Source: a virus (taxonomy: Duplodnaviria > Caudoviricetes). From it: 48,371 nucleotides of DNA. Each line of letters begins with the position of its first letter. The stretch's first letter is position 1. Location of the stretch: the IMG/VR virus record IMGVR_UViG_3300025451_000019, positions 1 to 48,371 of that record; one strand, 5' to 3'. The position numbers were made by a program, and so were the translations under genes. Below the pieces are notes generated by a model. The model was not told where the DNA came from. It saw only the letters and a program-made list of their open reading frames with translations, and did no database searches. Of the stretch, positions 27,758 through 38,165 are shown in pieces.

Positions 27758-28030
27758 ATGAATAACAATAGAAAATACGTAGTGTTTAACGTATCTGAAC
27801 TAGATAAGATTGACTTCACTCAAGTACTTGAAACATCTTCAGAAACTCTAGTAAGATCAGTGGATGGAACTAAGACATTCGTGAAATGGGAAGGTGACGT
27901 TCCACCATGTATTCTATCACTTACGACTAAAGGCGAGTATCTAACGACGGATGAGATCGTACAATTGATGACAACATCAGAATGGTCTAAACCAATAACT
28001 CCAGTAACTGAACCAGTAATCGTTGAATAA
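27758..28030 (+). CDS. Hypothetical protein (fibre/lectin-associated)
   Basis: SD AAGGA. The 90-aa 'IDFTQVLETS..T..RSVDGTKTFVKW' pattern is often found beside LamG genes in aquatic phages. Confidence 0.7.
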   Translation: MNNNRKYVVFNVSELDKIDFTQVLETSSETLVRSVDGTKTFVKWEGDVPPCILSLTTKGEYLTTDEIVQLMTTSEWSKPITPVTEPVIVE

Positions 28031-28055
28031 ATATACTAAAGTCACAGGATAACGC

Positions 28056-30617
28056 ATGGCACTTATAGACAAAAATATAATCATTACGCCCAATATTGGA
28101 GCAGCATCTGATCCTAAGATCGTGTTCTCTGGTGCTGATGCGGCTACTGCTGCACAGAACATTACGTTAACAGCGTATCCAACCAACGGCGGAACACTGA
28201 GTTTCGATGGATCTACCGGTCAGTTGTTCTCTGTTACTAACAGTATGTCTGGCACCATCTTCTCAGCGAATGACGTGTCAGGTATTCCAAGCATTGAAGT
28301 CATTGACACCGGACTAGTAAAGATAGCGCAGTACTCTGGCAACGTGCTACTTGGTACTGGAACTGACACGGGTCTTGCTAAGTTACAAGTAACTGGATCG
28401 CTGAGTATTACTGGCAACATGTTATATCCAGCTAACAGTAAGTCTGCCTATGGACCAAATACCACCTGGTCAAGTTATCTACACGTTGGAGGAGATGGTG
28501 TAAACGGTATCACCAGAACAGCGTCTATTGCATCTGTAGTTACTACGAATGGTAACCTACACCTAGACTCTGGTTCAGATAAAGCAATGTACTTGAATCA
28601 CTATTCTGGTACTGCCGGTGTTAACTTTGGCAATGGTGCGCAATCTATTACTGCAACACTCACTGCTGCGGGCGTGTTCAATGGCACCAATGTTACAGTA
28701 AACAGTAATCAGACGCTACACGCAGGTAACTATACCTCTTACTCTCCAACACTAACAGGCGGTTCAGCTTCTGGTACTTGGGGTATTAGTATTACTGGCA
28801 ACTCGGCTACTGTATCAAATATTATAGCCAATACTGGTCTATTAGTAAATAACTTAGTAGCCCCCGCGCTAATAGATGGATTAACTACAGGGAACTTCAG
28901 ATCAACGATGTTTGGAACGGCAAGTAATGGGAATGCTTTATCTACATCAAGATGGAATTCTACACCAGCACCATTCAGTGGACTATCTTCATATGGTACT
29001 GCTATCTCTTGGGCCGGTAGCGATACTCACGGCTTCTTAGCCTTGAACTATAGTACCGCAGGTGCTATAATTGGTGGAGGTAGTGGGCAAGCCATTCAGT
29101 GGTCTGCTACGTTATTGCATTCTAGTAACTACAATTCATACTCTCCAACCCTAACAGGCGGTTCAGCTTCTGGCACTTGGGGTATTAACGTCACTGGTAC
29201 TTCTAACAACATAACAGCATATACTATCAACCAAAGTGTTGGCACAGGAAATGGTCCTACATTTGCTGACGTTTATAGTAACGGTTGGCTTAGAAATAAC
29301 AATACTAATACAGGCGTGTATAATCAAGCAACCGTAAATCACTGGTATTCAGAAAACAGCGCAAGTTGGACTGTGGGAAGTACTAGTACTGTTTATGGTG
29401 AAATAAGACTTCGTCAAGGACACCAGGGTACTTACAAAGGTAGTTACTATTGGGACAGTGCCGGCGTAGGTTTACTAAATGACCAAGGCGGCTGGTCTGT
29501 ACGCTCTAATCAAGGCTCTGGATATGGCGGACAGTTGTATGGAGCCTGGGTAATGGCTGGGAATACAATTTTAAGCGCAGGTAACTACAACTCATATGCT
29601 CCAACACTAACAGGTGGTTCTGCTTCTGGTACTTGGGGTATTAACGTTACTGGTAGCTCTGCTACTCTTACTAACTTTACTGCTGCAACTTCAACAAACC
29701 CTTCAAATGTGGATTCGCCAACAACACTTGATGTTGTTGGCTACTGCTCGCAAGCAGGATTGCCATTTAGTCAGAGCGATGGCGGTCTATATTCGGCTGG
29801 CTACAGCACCTCTTGGTATCACCAAATCTACGGCGACTTCCGCTCTGGTCAGATTGCAGTTCGAGGCAAAAACTCAGGCACATGGCAATCATGGCGAACA
29901 GTGCTGGACTCCAGTAACTATACATCATATTCACCAACACTAACTGGTGGATCAGCTTCAGGAACTTGGGGCATTAACGTCACAGGTAGCGCTGGATCTG
30001 CCACGTATGCATACAATTGTAATAGTTGGTTTAACTTTAATAGTAACTATGGTCATGCAGTTGAAGGAATATATAACGCTGCTTTATTCCAAGGTATGTT
30101 CGACATGGGTCCAGCTTATCGACTTACTGCAGGTGGTGGGGTTGGCAACTTATATGGAACGTGCTGGTCTCACCCAAATGCTGGTGGCGCAGCAGCTAAC
30201 TTAGATTCTCATGGTCAAATTGTTCTAATTAATGGTGGCTTTGCTTCATGTATGTCTTATAGTATTAAAGCTTCAGCGAATGTCACAGCATATTCTGATG
30301 AACGCCTAAAGACTAATTGGAAACCATTAGCAGATAACTTCGTAGAAAAATTAGCTAATATTAAAGTAGGTACTTATGACCGTATTGATCAGTCAATCAC
30401 TCAAGTTGGAGTATCTGCCCAGTCATTAGAAACGCTATTGCCAGAAGCTGTTATTACTGGCAATGACGAGATGCAAACTAAATCTGTTGCTTATGGGAAT
30501 GCGGCATTAGCTGCTGCAGTAATGTTGGCAAAAGAATTTGTTGAAATGAAACGAGTTATAGAAGAACTTAAATCTGAAATAACTAAATTAAAGGAAGATA
30601 GAAATGGCACTAATTAA
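28056..30617 (+). CDS. Tail fibre with C-terminal S74-like intramolecular chaperone
   Basis: Preceded by AATAAATA at 28026 and SD AGGA. Has four internal junction repeats and C-terminal 'TAYSDERLKTNW...GVSAQSLETLLPEAV...SVAYGN' plus a coiled coil. Confidence 0.85.
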   Translation: MALIDKNIIITPNIGAASDPKIVFSGADAATAAQNITLTAYPTNGGTLSFDGSTGQLFSVTNSMSGTIFSANDVSGIPSIEVIDTGLVKIAQYSGNVLLGTGTDTGLAKLQVTGSLSITGNMLYPANSKSAYGPNTTWSSYLHVGGDGVNGITRTASIASVVTTNGNLHLDSGSDKAMYLNHYSGTAGVNFGNGAQSITATLTAAGVFNGTNVTVNSNQTLHAGNYTSYSPTLTGGSASGTWGISITGNSATVSNIIANTGLLVNNLVAPALIDGLTTGNFRSTMFGTASNGNALSTSRWNSTPAPFSGLSSYGTAISWAGSDTHGFLALNYSTAGAIIGGGSGQAIQWSATLLHSSNYNSYSPTLTGGSASGTWGINVTGTSNNITAYTINQSVGTGNGPTFADVYSNGWLRNNNTNTGVYNQATVNHWYSENSASWTVGSTSTVYGEIRLRQGHQGTYKGSYYWDSAGVGLLNDQGGWSVRSNQGSGYGGQLYGAWVMAGNTILSAGNYNSYAPTLTGGSASGTWGINVTGSSATLTNFTAATSTNPSNVDSPTTLDVVGYCSQAGLPFSQSDGGLYSAGYSTSWYHQIYGDFRSGQIAVRGKNSGTWQSWRTVLDSSNYTSYSPTLTGGSASGTWGINVTGSAGSATYAYNCNSWFNFNSNYGHAVEGIYNAALFQGMFDMGPAYRLTAGGGVGNLYGTCWSHPNAGGAAANLDSHGQIVLINGGFASCMSYSIKASANVTAYSDERLKTNWKPLADNFVEKLANIKVGTYDRIDQSITQVGVSAQSLETLLPEAVITGNDEMQTKSVAYGNAALAAAVMLAKEFVEMKRVIEELKSEITKLKEDRNGTN
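28725..29987 (+). repeat. Four dispersed ~75-bp coding repeats (NYxSYxPTLTGGSASGTWGIxxTG)
   Basis: Copies at ~28725-28799, 29124-29198, 29580-29654 and 29913-29987, separated by unrelated sequence. Confidence 0.93.
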
Positions 30618-30975
30618 TAATTACGAAATTCCTGGAACAGGAGTGATTGTACCTAATGCTTATCATGTGATCGTGCATTTAGACGTAGAAAAAAGAAATA
30701 CTGCTAGTAGTATTCCACCAGACAATTATAATGTGAACAGACCTAATGCTGATGATAGATGGTTAGCAGGTTATTATGGAAGAATTGTAGTTTCTGTTTG
30801 GAAAGATAAAGAACAAAGAGATGCAGGCAGTCAACCAATTGGAGTTATTAATGCAAACAACGCAGTGAATCCAGTATTCATGATAGATACTAATTCAGCT
30901 GATACATATTTAACACAAGCATATAATCATTTGTTACTCACAGATTATTATAACACCGCAGTAAATGCACTATAA
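30604..30975 (+). CDS. Hypothetical protein, possible fibre assembly/tip accessory
   Basis: SD AGGA, overlaps the end of the fibre gene; pattern 'TGVIVPNAYHVI...QAYNHL'. Confidence 0.65.
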   Translation: MALINNYEIPGTGVIVPNAYHVIVHLDVEKRNTASSIPPDNYNVNRPNADDRWLAGYYGRIVVSVWKDKEQRDAGSQPIGVINANNAVNPVFMIDTNSADTYLTQAYNHLLLTDYYNTAVNAL

Positions 30976-30987
30976 CAGGAAAATAAA

Positions 30988-31356
30988 ATGACACAAGCAA
31001 CATTCGCCATTACAATCAATGGTATCAAAACAGCAACCGTTAACGGAATTGCAGATGCGGTAAAACAAATTGAATGGACTCTAAAGGGAGAACTAGAAGG
31101 TCAAACATTTGAACTTCCACAGACTACTATCGTTCCAGACCCAGTAGAAGCAGGATTTATTCCATTAGCTGGTCTAACACCTGAAATTGTTACTGCATGG
31201 ATTGAAGAACACGCTGAGAATATGAATGCAGCAAAAGCACACATTCAGTATGTGTTAGATAGACAAGTTATTGCTGCAGCACTAGTTACTACACCAATGC
31301 CTTGGGCGCCAGTCGTAGAAGAAACTGCACCAGTTGAACCACCAGCGCCTGTTTAA
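30988..31356 (+). CDS. Hypothetical protein, possible fibre accessory
   Basis: SD AGGA; pattern 'VKQIEWTLKG...FIPLAGLTPEIVTAWIE...MPW'. Confidence 0.65.
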   Translation: MTQATFAITINGIKTATVNGIADAVKQIEWTLKGELEGQTFELPQTTIVPDPVEAGFIPLAGLTPEIVTAWIEEHAENMNAAKAHIQYVLDRQVIAAALVTTPMPWAPVVEETAPVEPPAPV

Positions 31357-31381
31357 TAAATAGAATATAACTGGAGACGAC

Positions 31382-32122
31382 ATGGCCGTAACAACAAGAA
31401 TTGGTTTAATTGAATATTGCTTAAGAGCTCTTGGCGAACCTGTTGTCGAAATTAATATAGATGAACAACAAGTAGAAGATCGTGTTGACGAAGCAATTGA
31501 GTACTTTCGACAATATCACTTCGATGGCATTGAGAAGGTGTATTTAAAGCATAACATCACTCAACAGAACATTGACGATAAGTACATTGTTGTTCCAGAC
31601 TTGATCTATGGTATCACTAAGGTATACCCAGTTGCATCTGGTACGTCTACTTCAAAGTCTATCTTTGATCTACAGTATCAACTTCGTCTTAACGACTTAT
31701 ATGATCTAACAAGCACGTCAGTGATGTACTACACTCAGGTTATGAGTCACCTAGCGCTACTTGATCTAACACTTAACGGGCATCCTCTCTATCGATTCAA
31801 TCGCTTAAACAACAAGCTTTACATTGACACAGTATGGTCTGAAAAGATGCAGGTTGGTAACTACCTTCTAGTCGAGTGTTATCGTGCAATGGATCCCGCA
31901 GATGCTCCTCGTATGTATGGTGAGTCGTGGATTAAGCACTACACTACTGCGTTGATTAAGAAACAATGGGCAGTCAACCTTAAGAAGTTCACCGGCATGC
32001 AATTGCCAGGTGGAGTATCTATTGACGGGCCTGCACTATACGCAGAAGCAATGTCTGAGATTAAAGATCTTGAAGACGAGATGATGAATAAGTCCGCTCC
32101 ACTTGAGTTTTTCCTTGGCTAA
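31382..32122 (+). CDS. gp13: Neck protein gp13
   Basis: 'YCLRALGEPVVEINID..QVEDRVDEA', 'YHFDG' and 'LIKKQWAVNLKKF.GMQLPGGV'. Late promoter at 31355 and SD GGAG. Confidence 0.93.
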   Translation: MAVTTRIGLIEYCLRALGEPVVEINIDEQQVEDRVDEAIEYFRQYHFDGIEKVYLKHNITQQNIDDKYIVVPDLIYGITKVYPVASGTSTSKSIFDLQYQLRLNDLYDLTSTSVMYYTQVMSHLALLDLTLNGHPLYRFNRLNNKLYIDTVWSEKMQVGNYLLVECYRAMDPADAPRMYGESWIKHYTTALIKKQWAVNLKKFTGMQLPGGVSIDGPALYAEAMSEIKDLEDEMMNKSAPLEFFLG

Positions 32123-32129
32123 AGAAGAT

Positions 32130-32738
32130 ATGGATAAGTACGAAAAGTGGTATAACTCATTAATAGATCATGCTAAAAAAAGAGCATGGTTAAAAAAGAC
32201 TGCGCCATGCTATGTTGAAAGACATCATGTCATTCCAAAATCGCTTGGTGGTTCAAATGATTCTAATAATTTAGTATATCTTACTGCTAGAGAACATGCT
32301 ATAGCACATATGATTTTGTGTAGATTTGGAGATAAGAATCAACGTATTCGAATGACTAATGCACTGCAAAGATTTATGTCTTCTAATAAAAGCATTTCAA
32401 GCATAATGTATGAAAGTTGCAGAAAACGGTATTCTGATCTAATGAGTATGCGCCTTAGAGGCAATACATATAGATTGGGAAAAATAGATTCGGAAGAAAC
32501 TAGAAAAAAGAAAAGTGTTCCAGGCAAAGGCGGTACTTGGAAAAGAACAGATAATCATAAAAAAGAATGTTCTGAAAGAGCGATCAAAAGAGCATATGAA
32601 AATAATCCAATGAATAATGAAGAATCTAGAAAGAAAGTCGGTTTAAGTAAAATTGGCAAAAAGAAATACACTAATCAATTAACCGGAGAAAGCAAAATGT
32701 TTTTACCTGGAACAGAGTTAATAGGTTGGAGTCGTTAA
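32130..32738 (+). mobile_element. Free-standing HNH homing endonuclease with NUMOD3-like DNA-binding motifs
   Basis: HNH motif 'YVERHHVIPKSLGGSNDSNNLVYLTAREHAIAHMIL' and basic 'SEETRKKKS'/'EESRKKVG' motifs. It is AT-rich and inserted between gp13 and gp14. The likely start is ATG 32130 rather than TTG 32103. Confidence 0.88.
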
Positions 32739-32739
32739 T

Positions 32740-33387
32740 ATGCCTAACGTATACTTTTCACATGGTACTCGCAACGAACAGTATCTTCTTGAAGATCTTG
32801 TTGTAGAGTCTATCTCGATCTGGGGACAGGAATTTTACTACATCCCTAGAACACTGGTTGCCAAAGATGAGATCCTCGGTGAAGATCGTCTATCTAAGTT
32901 TAAAGATGCTTATCCAATTGACATGTATCTAGAATCTGTTGACGGATTTGAAGGCCAAGGGGCTTTCATCCAAAAGTTTGGTCTAATGATGGAACAGTCT
33001 GCAACGCTCTCTGTCGCTCGTCGTACCTGGGAACGAGTAGTCGGTAAACATGGCGGATCCATCCTTCCAAATCGTCCGTGCGAGGGAGATCTATTATACT
33101 TCCCTTTGACTAAAGGATTGTTTGAGATCAAGTTTGTTGATCATCAAGATCCATTCTATCAATTGAAGAAACTATATGTCTATAAGCTTCAAGTAGAACT
33201 GTTTCAATATTCTTCTGAGAAGATGGAAACTGGAATTCCTGCTATCGACGTCTTTGAAACTCTTAAGACTTTCGATACAACGCTACAGCCAAACATTGAC
33301 GTAGTAGATTCATACGGCGACAATAACAAATTTAAAGATGAAGCAACTTCAGTAGTCTTTGATACGAGCAATCCATTCGGCGAATAA
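32740..33387 (+). CDS. gp14: Neck protein gp14
   Basis: 'NEQYLLEDLVVESISIWGQEFYYIPR', 'RPCEGDLLYFPL...LFEIKFV...PFYQL' and C-terminal 'SNPFGE'. Confidence 0.93.
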   Translation: MPNVYFSHGTRNEQYLLEDLVVESISIWGQEFYYIPRTLVAKDEILGEDRLSKFKDAYPIDMYLESVDGFEGQGAFIQKFGLMMEQSATLSVARRTWERVVGKHGGSILPNRPCEGDLLYFPLTKGLFEIKFVDHQDPFYQLKKLYVYKLQVELFQYSSEKMETGIPAIDVFETLKTFDTTLQPNIDVVDSYGDNNKFKDEATSVVFDTSNPFGE

Positions 33388-33388
33388 C

Positions 33389-34123
33389 ATGCTAAACAAT
33401 AATATTTTCTATCATGGTATAACTCGTAAGGTAATCGTCGCCTTTGGTAGTCTATTCAGCAACATTCGTATCGAGCGTAAGAAGGACGGAGAGACTGTTC
33501 AGACTCTAGCAATCCCTATCGCGTATGCACCAAAGGAAAAATGGCTTGTTCGTATCGAGCAAGATCCAATGCTTGAGAATCATACCTATACGACTTTACC
33601 AAGGCTATCGTTTGAGATCACGAATCTAACATATGATGCATCTCGTAAAACTAATAGAATGAACTACATTACTATTAACGATGCTAACAATAATCATAGT
33701 AAGATGTATGCACCAGTGCCGTATAACATAGACATATCGTTGTATGCACTAACGAAGACTCAAGAAGATGGACTGCAGATCATTGAACAGATCCTTCCAT
33801 ACTTTACTCCAGAATACACACTATCACTTAAGACTATTCCAAACAGTGATATCGTTATGGATGTTCCCATAATTCTTGAAGGTGTATCAGTTCAAGATGA
33901 TTATGATGGTGATTTTGAAACTAGAAGATTTGTTACATACACAATGAATTTTACATTAAAGTGTAACTTCTATGGTCCTATCGTGGATGGTAAGATTATC
34001 ACTTCATCTATTATTGATATTAACAACATTGCTTCTACGTTAGATGCAAACATTGCCGATGTATATACAACTGGAATTCCAGCAACCGGTGTTATCACTA
34101 GTGCAATAGTTGAAAACCAGTAA
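33389..34123 (+). CDS. gp15: Tail sheath stabiliser/terminator gp15
   Basis: 'FYHGITRKVIVAFGSLF', 'PIAYAPKEK', 'LPRLSFEI', 'PVPYNI' and 'QIIEQILPYFTP'. ATG at 33389 lies just after the gp14 stop. Confidence 0.92.
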   Translation: MLNNNIFYHGITRKVIVAFGSLFSNIRIERKKDGETVQTLAIPIAYAPKEKWLVRIEQDPMLENHTYTTLPRLSFEITNLTYDASRKTNRMNYITINDANNNHSKMYAPVPYNIDISLYALTKTQEDGLQIIEQILPYFTPEYTLSLKTIPNSDIVMDVPIILEGVSVQDDYDGDFETRRFVTYTMNFTLKCNFYGPIVDGKIITSSIIDINNIASTLDANIADVYTTGIPATGVITSAIVENQ

Positions 34124-34144
34124 TACAAATATATTATACCATAC

Positions 34145-35737
34145 ATGAATGACAACCTAAAATCTTATAATTCAAATGCAGGCTTAAAGGCTGCAGGTCA
34201 AGTTATAGGTTTCACTAAAGAACAACTTCAAGAATATTTGAAGTGCGCCGAAGATCCTATCTACTTTATCAACAATTATTGTATGATTGTATCGCTTGAT
34301 CAGGGTTTGATCCCGTTCACGCTATATCCTTGTCAAGTAAATAAGATCAACATCATCCATAATAATCGTAAGGTTATTCTAATGGAAGGTCGTCAACAAG
34401 GCAAGACTACTTCATCCGCTGCATACATCGTCTGGTACACAATATTTCAGACGAGTAAGACAGTTGCTATTCTTGCTAATAAGGCAACAGCGGCACGGGA
34501 AGTATTGAATCGCTATCAGCTAATGTACGAGAACCTTCCACTATGGATGCAGCAAGGTGTTACTACATGGAACAAAGGTGACATCGAATTAGAGAATGGT
34601 TCAAAGGTATTCACGGCTGCAACATCAGCATCTGGTATTCGTGGTAAGTCTGTCAACATGTTGTATGTCGACGAAACAGCGATTATCCCAAACACTGTTG
34701 CAGAACAATTCTTCGCTTCAGTTTATCCAACAATTTCTGCTGGTGAAACGACAAAGATTCTTTTAAGTTCTACTCCACTTGGATACAATCACTTCTGGAA
34801 ATTCTGGAATGATGCGGAGAATGATCGTAATGGATTCGTTCCATTGTTTATTCCGTATACCGATATCCCTGGACGAGACGCCGTTTGGGCCAATGAACAG
34901 CATAGATTACTCGGCGATCTTAAGTTTAATCAGGAAGTACTGTGTAACTTTCTTGGTTCAAGCTTAACGCTGATTAACTCCAACACAATCTCTCAGTTGT
35001 CACCAGGATCGATGATATATAGTAAAGACGGATTCGATGTGTATGAGAAACCAAAAGTCGATAGAGTTTATGCGTTAGTTGCAGATACTGCTAAAGGTGT
35101 TGGTGGAGACTACTCTGCATTCGTAGTAGTTGACATGACAGAATTACCATATAAACTAGTTGCAAAATATAGAGACAATAGGATTAGTCCTATGCTATAT
35201 CCTTCGATTATAAATAAGGTTGGAAGAGAATACAATACGGCATATGTTCTTATAGAAATAAATTCTTCAGAACAAGTTGCCGATATTCTATACGGTGAAT
35301 ATGAATACGACAACGTTGTTATGGTAAATAGAAGTGGAGATGGACAGTCAATATCCGGAGGATTTGGCGGTGGTAGAACCCAACTGGGCGTTATCACTGA
35401 TAAAAAAGTCAAACGAATTGGGTGTTCTAACTTTAAAGCTCTAGTTGAAGAAAAACGGTTGTTGATTCCTGATGCAGATGTTATCTCTGAAATTTCTACC
35501 TTTATTCAAATAAAGAGTAGCTATGAAGCTGATGAAGGGTATCATGATGATCTAGTTATGCCTTTAGTATTGTTTTCGTGGGCGACCACTAGTCAGTATT
35601 TTAAAGATCTTAGTAATATCAATATTAGACAAGTGATGTATGAAGACCAAATGAAACAAATTGAAAATGACTTAACACCATTTGGTTTCTTAGATGATGG
35701 ACAAACAATGGGAGATGGTCTTTTGGCCAACTTCTAA
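34145..35737 (+). CDS. gp17: Terminase large subunit gp17
   Basis: Walker A 'GRQQGKT', Walker B 'MLYVDE', 'SSTPLG', and nuclease motifs 'ADTAKGVGGDYSA' and 'HDDLVM'. Confidence 0.96.
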   Translation: MNDNLKSYNSNAGLKAAGQVIGFTKEQLQEYLKCAEDPIYFINNYCMIVSLDQGLIPFTLYPCQVNKINIIHNNRKVILMEGRQQGKTTSSAAYIVWYTIFQTSKTVAILANKATAAREVLNRYQLMYENLPLWMQQGVTTWNKGDIELENGSKVFTAATSASGIRGKSVNMLYVDETAIIPNTVAEQFFASVYPTISAGETTKILLSSTPLGYNHFWKFWNDAENDRNGFVPLFIPYTDIPGRDAVWANEQHRLLGDLKFNQEVLCNFLGSSLTLINSNTISQLSPGSMIYSKDGFDVYEKPKVDRVYALVADTAKGVGGDYSAFVVVDMTELPYKLVAKYRDNRISPMLYPSIINKVGREYNTAYVLIEINSSEQVADILYGEYEYDNVVMVNRSGDGQSISGGFGGGRTQLGVITDKKVKRIGCSNFKALVEEKRLLIPDADVISEISTFIQIKSSYEADEGYHDDLVMPLVLFSWATTSQYFKDLSNINIRQVMYEDQMKQIENDLTPFGFLDDGQTMGDGLLANF

Positions 35738-35748
35738 AACTGACTATA

Positions 35749-35756
35749 TATAAATA
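35749..35756 (+). promoter_or_regulatory. T4-type late promoter TATAAATA
   Basis: Perfect consensus upstream of gp18, followed by SD AAGGAG. Confidence 0.8.
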
Positions 35757-35805
35757 AAGATAGACAAAGTTCTAATTTTATTAATAACTCTCAAGGAGAA
35801 TCGCA

Positions 35806-38097
35806 ATGCCTTTCGCACTATCTCCAGGCGTAACAATTGTTGAGAAAGACTTCTCATCTATTATTCCTGCTGTTTCAACTTCTGCTGGCGCGTTTGCCGG
35901 TGTGTTTTCATGGGGACCAGTGGCAGAGCCAACAACGGTTTCTTCTGAGGATGTACTAGTACAACGCTTTGGTAAACCAAATGACGCTAACTATCAGTCA
36001 TTTTTCTCTGCTGCTAACTTTTTAGCATACACCAACAATTTAATCGTTAATCGTACCGACACTTCTGACTTAAGAAATGCGGTTTCTTCTGCTGGTGGCG
36101 AAGTTCTTGATGTTACGTTTACAACAAAAGGTTCTGGCTATAAGACTGGACACGCAACTACTGTAGCATTCTCTGCTCCAGAAACAGTTGGTGGTTCTAC
36201 TGCTACCGGTACTATTGTTCTTAGCGGTGGTATCGTTACTGGAATCTCCGTATCTGGTGGCTCTGGCTATCTAGTAGCTCCTACCGTTACGATCAGCGCT
36301 CCAGAAGTTGAAGGTGGTCAAACTGCCGCTGCTACTGCTGTTATTTCTGGTGGTGTTGTTACTGCAATTAACTTGACCGCAGGATCTTTAGGTTCTGGTT
36401 ACTTAGCTGCTCCTACAGTTACTCTTACTGCGGCTCCATCTGGTGGCACTACTGCAACTGCAACTGCAACTGTTGCAACTTCTAGCATTAGCAAAATCAA
36501 TATCACAAGTGGTGGTTCGGGTTATGTTGCTGCTCCTACAGTTACAATCGTTGCTTCTAACACTGGTACTGTTGGTGCTGTAGTAGCTCCTACCGGCGTA
36601 ACTGCTGTTCTTTCATCTTCAACTGGTGTTAAGATTAGAAATACTGCTGACTATGTTGCAAATTTCCGTGACTTCCAACAGTCAGTGTATGGCATGTTTG
36701 CTGCTAGATATCCAGGTACTCTTGGAAATGGTATCTCCGTTATCTTAGTTGATAAAGCTGTATACACATGGGCTGCGGCAAATCAAAGCAGTTATATTAG
36801 TGGTACTACTGTTAAAGCTTCTGTAATCACATCAAGTTTTAGCGGAACTCCTGGTACTAGTACTGCAGCTTCTCTAAAGAACATTGCCGATGACGAACTT
36901 CACGTATTAGTTCTTGACACCGCTCGCGGAACATGGTCAGGTACTCCATACACTACTCTTGAAAAATATGCATATCTTTCAAAGATCAAAGGCGTAACAC
37001 GCAGTGATGGTACTAACGTATACTATCGTGATGCTATTAATACAGCATCTAAGTATATCTGGGTTCTAAATACTCCTAGTGCTGTGCAAGTCAATGACCC
37101 ACAGAATATTGACTGGAACCAAAGTATTGACTCAATTGCAACTGCTGCAAATCTTCGCGATTTAAAATCTACTGCAACTGCTATCGTACTAGCTGGTGGA
37201 GTTGACGATTTCGCTGCTACAGATGGTGAAACACAAGCAGCATTCTTACAATTCACAAATACTGATTTGTATGATGTATCTCTTGTCATTGCTGGCGACG
37301 TAAGTGCAACTACTGCAAACGTTCTAATTAATAGTTTAGCTGAAATTCGTAAAGATTGCGTAGTGTTTATCTCTCCACGTAATGCAGACGCTTCTCCTAT
37401 CACTATTTCTACAACTGCAGTTGCTAGCATTCAAGCCTTTAAGTTAACTTTAACTAATAGTACCTATGCTGTTCTAGATAGCGGATGTAAATATCAGTAT
37501 GACCGTTACAACGATACATATCGTTGGATTCCATTGAATGCTGATATCGCTGGTCTATGCGCTCGTACTGATTACACTACAGATGCATGGTTCTCCCCAG
37601 GTGGTTTCACTCGTGGTCAAGTAAAGAATGTTGTTAAGCTTGGTTTTAATCCAGGACCTACTGAACGCGATAATCTTTATAAAGAAAGTGTTAACCCAGT
37701 TGTAACATTCCCAGGACAAGGTACTATCCTTTATGGTGATAAAACATTCTGGTCTAAGCCAAGTGCATTCGATCGAATCAATGTACGCCGTCTATTCATT
37801 GTATTAGAAAAAGCAGTTGCTACAGCAGCTAAGTATCAGTTGTTCGAATTCAATGATGACTTTACTCGTGCTCAGTTCCGCAATTTAGTTGAACCGTTCT
37901 TGCGTAATGTCCAAGGTCGTCGCGGTATTATTGACTACCGCGTTAAATGTGATACCAGCAATAACACTGGTGAAGTTATCGATCGTAACGAGTTTGTTGC
38001 AAGTATTTTCATCAAACCAAATCGTTCAATCAACTTTATCACACTAAACTTTGTGGCTGCTCGTTCAAGCGTAAGCTTCGACGAAATCGGCGGTTAA
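35806..38097 (+). CDS. gp18: Tail sheath protein gp18 with inserted GSGY/APTVT repeat domain
   Basis: '[11 protein letters not shown]', 'FSWGP', '[10 protein letters not shown]', 'GDKT...[12 protein letters not shown]' and '[16 protein letters not shown]'. Confidence 0.96.
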   Translation: MPFALSPGVTIVEKDFSSIIPAVSTSAGAFAGVFSWGPVAEPTTVSSEDVLVQRFGKPNDANYQSFFSAANFLAYTNNLIVNRTDTSDLRNAVSSAGGEVLDVTFTTKGSGYKTGHATTVAFSAPETVGGSTATGTIVLSGGIVTGISVSGGSGYLVAPTVTISAPEVEGGQTAAATAVISGGVVTAINLTAGSLGSGYLAAPTVTLTAAPSGGTTATATATVATSSISKINITSGGSGYVAAPTVTIVASNTGTVGAVVAPTGVTAVLSSSTGVKIRNTADYVANFRDFQQSVYGMFAARYPGTLGNGISVILVDKAVYTWAAANQSSYISGTTVKASVITSSFSGTPGTSTAASLKNIADDELHVLVLDTARGTWSGTPYTTLEKYAYLSKIKGVTRSDGTNVYYRDAINTASKYIWVLNTPSAVQVNDPQNIDWNQSIDSIATAANLRDLKSTATAIVLAGGVDDFAATDGETQAAFLQFTNTDLYDVSLVIAGDVSATTANVLINSLAEIRKDCVVFISPRNADASPITISTTAVASIQAFKLTLTNSTYAVLDSGCKYQYDRYNDTYRWIPLNADIAGLCARTDYTTDAWFSPGGFTRGQVKNVVKLGFNPGPTERDNLYKESVNPVVTFPGQGTILYGDKTFWSKPSAFDRINVRRLFIVLEKAVATAAKYQLFEFNDDFTRAQFRNLVEPFLRNVQGRRGIIDYRVKCDTSNNTGEVIDRNEFVASIFIKPNRSINFITLNFVAARSSVSFDEIGG

Positions 38098-38104
38098 TTC
38101 ACAA

Positions 38105-38131
38105 GGGAGGGAGATTAAACACCTCTCTCCC
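38105..38131 (+). other. Intergenic hairpin between gp18 and gp19
   Basis: GGGAGGGAG-(9 nt)-CTCTCTCCC stem with one G-U pair and no U-tract. It is followed by late promoter variant AATAAATA at 38136. Confidence 0.55.
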
Positions 38132-38165
38132 GTTGAATAAATAAAAGAATAAAGGAGTCATTCAG

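Noticed and set aside
28725-29987. Repeat-spacer pattern as a CRISPR array
   Set aside because: The repeats are ~75 bp, degenerate at third codon positions and in frame, with 260-380 bp spacers. No cas genes are present.
12097-31356. Diversity-generating retroelement or invertase shufflon acting on the fibres
   Set aside because: There is no reverse transcriptase or site-specific recombinase in the window. I saw no repeat pair differing only at adenines and no inverted cassettes.
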